From: Nitrospinales bacterium
GTDB taxonomy: Bacteria > Nitrospinota > Nitrospinia > Nitrospinales > JAJDAT01
Direction: 5' to 3'
Assembly: GCA_046757665.1 (NCBI GenBank)
Contig: JBHHYO010000078.1
Location: forward strand, 1 to 12,188
DNA: 12,188 nt
The translations under genes were made by a program, and so were the position numbers. Under the pieces are notes generated by a model that did not search any database, was not told where the DNA came from, and saw only the letters and a list, made by a program, of their open reading frames with translations. This document shows positions 6,627 to 12,188 of the stretch, piece after piece (position 1 is the stretch's first letter; every line of letters starts with the position of its first letter).

Positions 6627-8573
6627 TCAAAACTCCGAATCGCGGTCGAACGTGTCGGCCAGGTCGCGTAGCCGGGCGGAAATATTCACCGGGTAGGCGG
6701 GCGGGGTTTCCTCGAGGGTTTGCAGACAGTCGGGCAGGCGCGCCAGGCCGTCCGCGGCGTGTTGCCGCGACTGCGTTAACGGCGTCGGCGGCGCGACCCG
6801 CCGCCCCCGGCGCATGACCGGTTGCAGTAAAGGCTCGCCCTCCACCGGCTCGCCTTCCAGGGCGACTACATCCCCGGTCATTCGCCCATCCGTTCCCAGG
6901 CGGCGGTAAACCTGCTTGCGCCCCGGCAGGGTGGCCTTGCCCGCGGACCGCTTGCGCCGCGGCTTGCCTTCATATTCCTGAATCTTGTACACGCACTCCA
7001 GATAAGGCGCGTCGGCGGAAACCGCCAGCCGCGTGCCGATGCCGAATCCGTCGATGGGAGCCTTCGTCTCGGCAAACCGCCGCAGGGCGAACTCATCCAG
7101 GTTGCCGCTGGCGAAGATGTGCGTTTCGCGCAGTCCCGCCTTGTCGAGGACGGCGCGGACCTTGCGGGCGTTTTCGGCCAGGTCGCCGCTGTCCAGGCGC
7201 ACCCCCTTGACGGCGATTCCTTCCCGTTGCAGGCGGGAGGCGAGAGCCGCCACTTTCGCCGCCGCCTTTTCCGTGTCGTAGGTGTCCAGCAACAGAACGA
7301 CGTTTTCGGGATGCGAGCGCGCGAAATGTTCAAAAGCCCGCGTCTCGTCGGCGTGGGTTTGGATGAAGGAGTGGGCCATGGTGCCGAACGCCGGGATGCC
7401 GAACAGGGCGCCCGCCGCCACCGTGGCCGTGCCGGTGAACCCCGCAAGATAACTCGCCCGCGCCGCCAGCAGGCCCGCCTCCGACCCATGCGCCCGCCGC
7501 AGGCCGAAATCCACCAGCATCTTGCCGGGCGCCGCCAGAACCATGCGCGCCGCCTTGCCCGCCACCAGGATCTGGTATTGCAGAAGATTGATGATGCGCG
7601 TTTCCACGAACTGCGCCTGCGGCAAGGGCGCGGTGACGCGCAAAACGGGTTCGCCGCCGAAAAACAGCGTCCCTTCCGGCATGGCGTCCACGTCCCCCGT
7701 AAACCGAAACTCCCGCAACGACTCGACAAAGTCTTTTTTAAAACCGCCGGCGTCCTCCAGCCATTGCAGTTCCCGGGAGGTGAAACGCAGGGTTTCCAGA
7801 TAGTCCAGAACCTGCTCCAGTCCGGCGGCCATCAAAAACCCGCGGCCCGGCGGCAGAGTGCGCGCGAAAAATTCAAAAACCGCCGTGCCGGTCATCGCGG
7901 CGTCAAAATAGCCCTGCAACATGGTCAACTGGTAAAAGTCGGTCAACAGCGGCGTGGCGCGGGGCCAGACCAGGCAAAGGTCTTCCAGAGAGCACGGGCG
8001 GCACCCCAGGCGCGTCATTTCCTCCTTCGCCCGCTGGCCGTCATCGGGTCGGCGGTTGACGGCGCGCACGGCGTCCGCGAGCAGAACCACCTCGTACCCC
8101 TTCCGCCTCGCGTCCGTTGCCGTGCTCAGAACGCAGTACTCCGTGGCCAGCCCGCCGATGAAAACACGGCGCACCCCCAGGGCGCGCAGGCGGGCGTCGA
8201 GGTCGGTGTCCTGAAATCCGGAAAAAGCGTCCTTGCCGGACCGCGTGGCCTTGGAGACGATCGTCGCCGATGGCGGCAGGTTGAGGCCGGAGGCGAACCG
8301 CGCGCCTTCGGTTTCCGCCACGCAATGCGCCGGCCAGTCGCCGCCTTGTTCACGGAAGGAGCAATGATCGGCGGGATGCCAGTCGCGGGTGGCGAATACC
8401 GGCAGGCCACGCTCGCCAAACGTTTCCAGGTACCGGTTTAAAACAGGCACCACCGCGTCGCCGTCGGGCACCGGCAGGCGGCCGCCGGGTAGAAAATCCT
8501 CCTGCACGTCCACCAGGATCAATGCGTCGCCGGCGGTCAATTGCAAATCGTTTTCCTCGCGTGTTGGGCGCAC
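6627..8573 (-). CDS. pncA-pncB: Bifunctional nicotinamidase / nicotinate phosphoribosyltransferase fusion
   Basis: N-terminal ~195 aa carry PncA (isochorismatase fold) motifs LVDVQEDF.PGG, RDWHPADH, WPAHCV, VSKA, GLATEYCV. From aa ~209, PncB motifs LLTDFYQLTM, DFGLRRAHG, GTMAHSF, LLDTYD, VRLDSG, ASGNLDE, FGIGT. Start is GTG 8573 or TTG 8546; both have GAGG upstream. Confidence 0.92.
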   Translation of the reverse strand: MRPTREENDLQLTAGDALILVDVQEDFLPGGRLPVPDGDAVVPVLNRYLETFGERGLPVFATRDWHPADHCSFREQGGDWPAHCVAETEGARFASGLNLPPSATIVSKATRSGKDAFSGFQDTDLDARLRALGVRRVFIGGLATEYCVLSTATDARRKGYEVVLLADAVRAVNRRPDDGQRAKEEMTRLGCRPCSLEDLCLVWPRATPLLTDFYQLTMLQGYFDAAMTGTAVFEFFARTLPPGRGFLMAAGLEQVLDYLETLRFTSRELQWLEDAGGFKKDFVESLREFRFTGDVDAMPEGTLFFGGEPVLRVTAPLPQAQFVETRIINLLQYQILVAGKAARMVLAAPGKMLVDFGLRRAHGSEAGLLAARASYLAGFTGTATVAAGALFGIPAFGTMAHSFIQTHADETRAFEHFARSHPENVVLLLDTYDTEKAAAKVAALASRLQREGIAVKGVRLDSGDLAENARKVRAVLDKAGLRETHIFASGNLDEFALRRFAETKAPIDGFGIGTRLAVSADAPYLECVYKIQEYEGKPRRKRSAGKATLPGRKQVYRRLGTDGRMTGDVVALEGEPVEGEPLLQPVMRRGRRVAPPTPLTQSRQHAADGLARLPDCLQTLEETPPAYPVNISARLRDLADTFDRDSEF

Positions 8574-8667
8574 CGGGTACCTCTTGGAAGATTCACAACG
8601 TCCGGGAGGGGGCCAGTCTCATTCTGTAACAAATTTTGGCAAAAGAAAATTCAAATTTTTCGGCGGG

Positions 8668-10527
8668 CTAGGCAGTCGGCGGGAATGCCCTCGGCGACTG
8701 GGTTGCGAACCGGACAATCGAGCGACCGCACCCCAGCCAGTCCACCAGGGACAGACTCTCGCCGGGCTCGTGCATCCGCGAATCCGGGTCGTAAGCGCCC
8801 AGGCACAGCGGCGGAATGCCGCCCAGGGCGCCGGTGAGCTTGGGGACGAAAGGAATCGACCCGCCGCATCCGTACAGACAGGCCTTGTGCCGGTAACCGG
8901 TTTCGAGAGCCTCCAGGATGAGAGGAAACACCGGATGCGTGATGTCCGTTATCCAGGGAGACGCGCCCTTGTCGCCGATGATTTCCAGGTCGAACCCCGG
9001 CGGCGTGTTGCGTTGCAGGTGATCGCGGAAATGTCCGGCGGCGGTTGACTCGTCATTCCCCGGCGCCAGCCGGATTTCCACGACGGCCCGGGCGGCCGGA
9101 TTGTCGAAGGGGCGGGCCGAGTCCGCGTCATCCACCCACAGCGGGCGCGCCGTCACCGCCGGGTTGTCCTGGAGAATATCCGAAAACTGCCTCGCAGTTT
9201 GGGCGCTCAACCGCCCGTCCGCGCCGACCAGGCGGTCGATCATGCGCGCCAACTGCAACTCGGCCACCGGGAACGGCCCGCCGTGAATGCCGGAATGCGG
9301 GTCCTGCGCCGCCGCTTGCAGAATGAGGTCAAAAACCGTCCCGTCCCCGCCGGCCGATTCCTTGAGCGCCAGTTTCAGGTCGAAGCGGTTCCAGTCGTTC
9401 AGGAGCCGCGCCAACGCCTGCCGAAACCGCTCGCGGGAAACGTCGTGGCGCGTTTTAAAAGACAGGCGCGCCCCGGCGGCGCCGAAGATAATGCTCCCCG
9501 CCACCCGGTGGCCCGGGCGGACATTGGCGAAGGATTTCCGCAGTTGGGCCTCGATAACCTTTGTCTTGTTCTGCGGCACGGTCAGGCGGGTGGCGGGCAG
9601 GAGTCCCGCCGTCTGGCGTAGCGACTCGACCGACGTCGGCACCCGCGCATAGCCGTCCCGTTCCTCTTGCGTGAGCGGCCGGTCGGCGGTGGCGATGGGC
9701 TCCACCGCCAGCGAATGGTCTTCGTGGATCAGGGAGGCGAGCATTTTATAGAGCGCCGTCTGCGCGTCCATCCCCCCGCCCCCGGTTGCCTTCATCTCCA
9801 CCACGCATTGGGCGATGCCCCGCAGGGAGGTGGTCAGGCCGGGACAGCCTTGCGCCGGGTTGATCACGTCGGTGATGACCACGCAGTCCGAGGACGCGAA
9901 GAAGCCGCGGTTTTGTTCGATCTGCTCGATCAGCGTGTGGGAGCCCGACTCCTCCTCGGTTTCATAAATGACCTTGAAATTGCAGGGCAGGCGCGCCAGT
10001 TGGTCCTCGGAAGGGTTTTGCGAATCACAACCGGCGGCTCGCAGGAGCGCGTCCACGGCCAGGCCGATGGCGGTCACGCCGGCCAGGTCGTCGGCGGCGC
10101 CGCGTCCGTAGGCGCGGGAGCCGTCGGCGTTCCAGCGCAGTTCGGTCGGCGCTACCTCGCCCCACTTGCCGAAACCGCCGTCATCCATGTACGGTTGCTT
10201 GTCCAGATGGGCGTAACAGAGAATGGTGGGCTTGCCGGCACCGGCGACGATTTCCGCCATCAAAATCGGATTCGCCCAGCGCACCCCGCCCCGCGACTCG
10301 TTGATCTTGACCGAGGCAAAACCGATGCCGCGCAGATACTCCGCCGCCAGCGCCAGAATGTCCCGCATGTCCGACGGCGTTTCGCGGTCGCCCGGAAACT
10401 CGTTGACGCCGAAACTGCGGCTGTCGATACGCACCATTTCCCTGAGATAATCCAGGTGCCGGCGAACCAGGCCGGAACCCGGCTCGATCAACCGCCGCGC
10501 CTTGTCGTCCAGCTCGTTGGGGTGCAT
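8668..10527 (-). CDS. M20/M25/M40 family metallohydrolase (dipeptidase/ArgE/DapE-like), 619 aa
   Basis: Metal and catalytic motifs YAHLDKQP, YGRGAADD, ETEEESGS, VITD, TTSLRG, DPHSGIHGG, GGSIP, MHEPGE. AAGGA RBS precedes ATG 10527. Confidence 0.88.
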   Translation of the reverse strand: MHPNELDDKARRLIEPGSGLVRRHLDYLREMVRIDSRSFGVNEFPGDRETPSDMRDILALAAEYLRGIGFASVKINESRGGVRWANPILMAEIVAGAGKPTILCYAHLDKQPYMDDGGFGKWGEVAPTELRWNADGSRAYGRGAADDLAGVTAIGLAVDALLRAAGCDSQNPSEDQLARLPCNFKVIYETEEESGSHTLIEQIEQNRGFFASSDCVVITDVINPAQGCPGLTTSLRGIAQCVVEMKATGGGGMDAQTALYKMLASLIHEDHSLAVEPIATADRPLTQEERDGYARVPTSVESLRQTAGLLPATRLTVPQNKTKVIEAQLRKSFANVRPGHRVAGSIIFGAAGARLSFKTRHDVSRERFRQALARLLNDWNRFDLKLALKESAGGDGTVFDLILQAAAQDPHSGIHGGPFPVAELQLARMIDRLVGADGRLSAQTARQFSDILQDNPAVTARPLWVDDADSARPFDNPAARAVVEIRLAPGNDESTAAGHFRDHLQRNTPPGFDLEIIGDKGASPWITDITHPVFPLILEALETGYRHKACLYGCGGSIPFVPKLTGALGGIPPLCLGAYDPDSRMHEPGESLSLVDWLGCGRSIVRFATQSPRAFPPTA

Positions 10528-10549
10528 AGCAGTTTCCTTATAATCAACC

Positions 10550-10579
10550 AATAAAATCCGTTAGCACGGAGGTTTTATT
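10550..10579. terminator. Weak terminator-like hairpin at the GC/AT boundary
   Basis: AATAAAA-TCCG / CGGA-GG-TTTTATT with T-rich runs on both strands. The GC stem is only 4 bp. Confidence 0.2.
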
Positions 10580-10600
10580 TTATTTTTGTTTCAGGTAATT

Positions 10601-10782
10601 TATGGGCATCTCTAAAAATTGTTTTTTTAAAGGAAATCGAATATGGCACAAGGATTTCTTAAATCGGTGGCACGGGCTTTCCAGCCCGTGCGGACAGGCT
10701 GGAAAGCCTGTCCCACTAAAATAAAGCCGCCTCTTTGAATTGACGATTAGGAGCATTTAGTCAATTTTTAGAGATGCACTTA
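10601..10782. mobile_element. MITE-like non-autonomous element with terminal inverted repeats
   Basis: Perfect 16-bp IR GCATCTCTAAAAATTG 10606-10621 / CAATTTTTAGAGATGC 10762-10777, extendable with 2 mismatches to TA at 10601-10602 and 10781-10782. No transposase inside. Confidence 0.7.
10667..10716. repeat. Inverted REP dyad (REPIN-like), each unit starting GTGG
   Basis: GTGGCACGGGCT-TTCC-AGCCCGTGC (10667-10691) abuts the reverse complement of GTGGGACAGGCT-TTCC-AGCCTGTCC (10692-10716). Each has a 9-bp stem and a 4-nt loop. Confidence 0.75.
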
Positions 10783-10875
10783 TGATATAGTAAGTTAGCG
10801 GGTCTGGCAAAATCATTTGCTGATCTAAAAAAATCTAAAAATTTTTAGATGCACACGGTTTCTCGGGAGGCAAAA

Positions 10876-11982
10876 ATGAGTAACGCCATGGATGAAGAAA
10901 TAAAGACTCTTCCGCAAAACGAAGTAACCGATGACATCATTGACCCTTCGGAGAAAGAAGATGATGAATGTTCGCCTACCGTTAGATATGAAATTACAAG
11001 CTATGGAGCGGATTATCCGGTTGACAGCTTGGTTAAACGACTCCAAGCAGGGGATATTCTGAACCCAGAGTTTCAAAGAGGCTTCGTATGGACCCGGGCT
11101 CAAGCCTCTCGTTTTATTGAGTCACTACTTTTGGGCTTACCGGTGCCAGGCATTTTTCTTTCCAAAGATCCAGAGACCCAAAGATTATTTGTGATAGATG
11201 GACAACAAAGGCTTAACACACTCCGTTGCTTTTTTGAGGGAGAACTCAATGCAGGTCTTTTTAAGCTAAAGGGAGTTAAAAAGGAGTTCGAAGGGCTAAC
11301 ATATAAAACCCTGAGTGAAGAAGATCGTCGAAAGTTAGATAATGCCATCATTCACGCCACAATCATTAGACAAGAAGATCCGGAACACGATCACAGCAGT
11401 ATCCATTTGGTGTTTGAAAGGCTCAATACTGGTGGAACCCCTCTCAGTGCACAAGAGATTAGAAAATGTGTGTATGGTGGCGAATTCGATGACTTGATTA
11501 GCGAATTAAATGCAGACAGTCATTGGCGCGCACTTTATGGTCCACAAAATAAGCGCGCAAAAGACAAGGAACTGATTCTTCGCTTTTTTGCCTTAGTCTA
11601 TGACTTACACCATTACAAACGACCAATGAAGCTATTTCTCTCTGACTTCATGGCATCAAACCAACATCTAAATAAATTTTCAGGGGAGGAGCTTAAAAAT
11701 CTTTTTAAGAAAACCATTGCTTTTGCGATTGACCATCTTGGTTCCAAGGCTTTTCGGCCGGAACGCGCTCTTAATGCGGCCATAACAGACGCTTTACTCG
11801 TTGGTACTGCTCGTCGATTAAAAAAAGGTCCGATTAAAAACCCTGATCAATACAAAGCGGCTTATAGAAAATTAATAGATACAGAAAAATTTCTGGAAAA
11901 GTGTAAATCGGCAACAACAGACCAAGAAAATATCATCCAGCGGATCAGCGTTGCAACTGAAGCCTTCGAGCAAGCACAATGA
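10876..11982 (+). CDS. DUF262 domain protein (ParB/Srx-like, GmrSD N-terminal family), 368 aa
   Basis: DUF262 motifs PEFQRGFVW, FIESLLLGLPVP, VIDGQQRL, VFERLNTGG. GGGAGG RBS 5 nt before ATG 10876. No HNH (DUF1524) motif is visible in the C-terminus. Confidence 0.9.
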   Translation: MSNAMDEEIKTLPQNEVTDDIIDPSEKEDDECSPTVRYEITSYGADYPVDSLVKRLQAGDILNPEFQRGFVWTRAQASRFIESLLLGLPVPGIFLSKDPETQRLFVIDGQQRLNTLRCFFEGELNAGLFKLKGVKKEFEGLTYKTLSEEDRRKLDNAIIHATIIRQEDPEHDHSSIHLVFERLNTGGTPLSAQEIRKCVYGGEFDDLISELNADSHWRALYGPQNKRAKDKELILRFFALVYDLHHYKRPMKLFLSDFMASNQHLNKFSGEELKNLFKKTIAFAIDHLGSKAFRPERALNAAITDALLVGTARRLKKGPIKNPDQYKAAYRKLIDTEKFLEKCKSATTDQENIIQRISVATEAFEQAQ

Positions 11983-12188
11983 GTTTCCGGGAACGACAGA
12001 GCATAGAACACCGTATTGATGCTCTTCTTCAAAAAGCGAAGGTTATTGAAGATGATGAACTGAAGGCTGAAATTGCCAAGTATTTGTGCATACTTTCATC
12101 GGGTTTTCTTGAAATAGCGTGCAGGGATATTATTCAAAGGTACGTTCGAAGCCGGACATCACCAGAAGTACGGCGTTTTGTTAATGGA
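11979..12188 (+). CDS. Probable HEPN-domain protein (RiboL-PSP-HEPN/MAE_28990-like), 5' part only
   Basis: ATGA overlap with the DUF262 stop. Open to the window end: MSFRERQSIEHRIDALLQKAKVIEDDELKAEIAKYLCILSSGFLEIACRDIIQRYVRSRTSPEVRRFVNG. Helical, with a YLC.L.SGFLE segment recalling the conserved N-terminal Glu helix of these HEPNs. The Rx4-6H motif would lie outside the window. Confidence 0.65.
   Translation, partial: MSFRERQSIEHRIDALLQKAKVIEDDELKAEIAKYLCILSSGFLEIACRDIIQRYVRSRTSPEVRRFVNG

Noticed and set aside
8581-8660. Rex or NrtR operator upstream of pncA-pncB
   Set aside because: Only a TTCACAA half-site (8592-8598) is present, with no convincing dyad.
968-10554. Long plus-strand ORFs (e.g. 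968-2263, 2406-3353, 4800-6035, 7119-8441, 9667-10554)
   Set aside because: Antisense shadows of motif-bearing minus-strand genes in GC-rich DNA, with no recognisable domains.
10805-10820. TGGCAAAATCATTTGC as a sigma54 promoter for DUF262
   Set aside because: Spacing is 11 nt. The nearby TGGCACAAGGATTTC at ~10644 lacks the -12 GC.
1-12188. CRISPR array, tRNA, rRNA, integrase or transposase gene
   Set aside because: No regularly spaced direct repeats, cloverleaf, rRNA signature or recombinase motifs were seen.

Overview
Bacterial DNA with a GC-rich core (~970-10540) between two visibly AT-richer ends. The left end holds a plus-strand outer-membrane beta-barrel gene (240-914) behind a candidate sigma70 promoter and a ~175-nt leader that can fold into a three-way junction. 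The core is all minus strand: an enlarged M20 metallohydrolase, a single-ORF nicotinamidase/nicotinate phosphoribosyltransferase (PncA-PncB) fusion, then a secreted TPR protein, a cytoplasmic PAS histidine kinase (FleS/FlrB-like) and a sigma54-dependent response regulator (FleR/FlrC-like). A FleQ-like box and a GG-N10-GC site precede the TPR gene, but no flagellar structural genes follow. The right end has a ~180-bp MITE-like element containing a REP dyad, then a translationally coupled DUF262 gene and a probable HEPN gene (truncated, absent from the ORF track). That pair is the best candidate for an uncharacterised defence or toxin-antitoxin system. All family calls come from motif recognition by eye; no searches were run.
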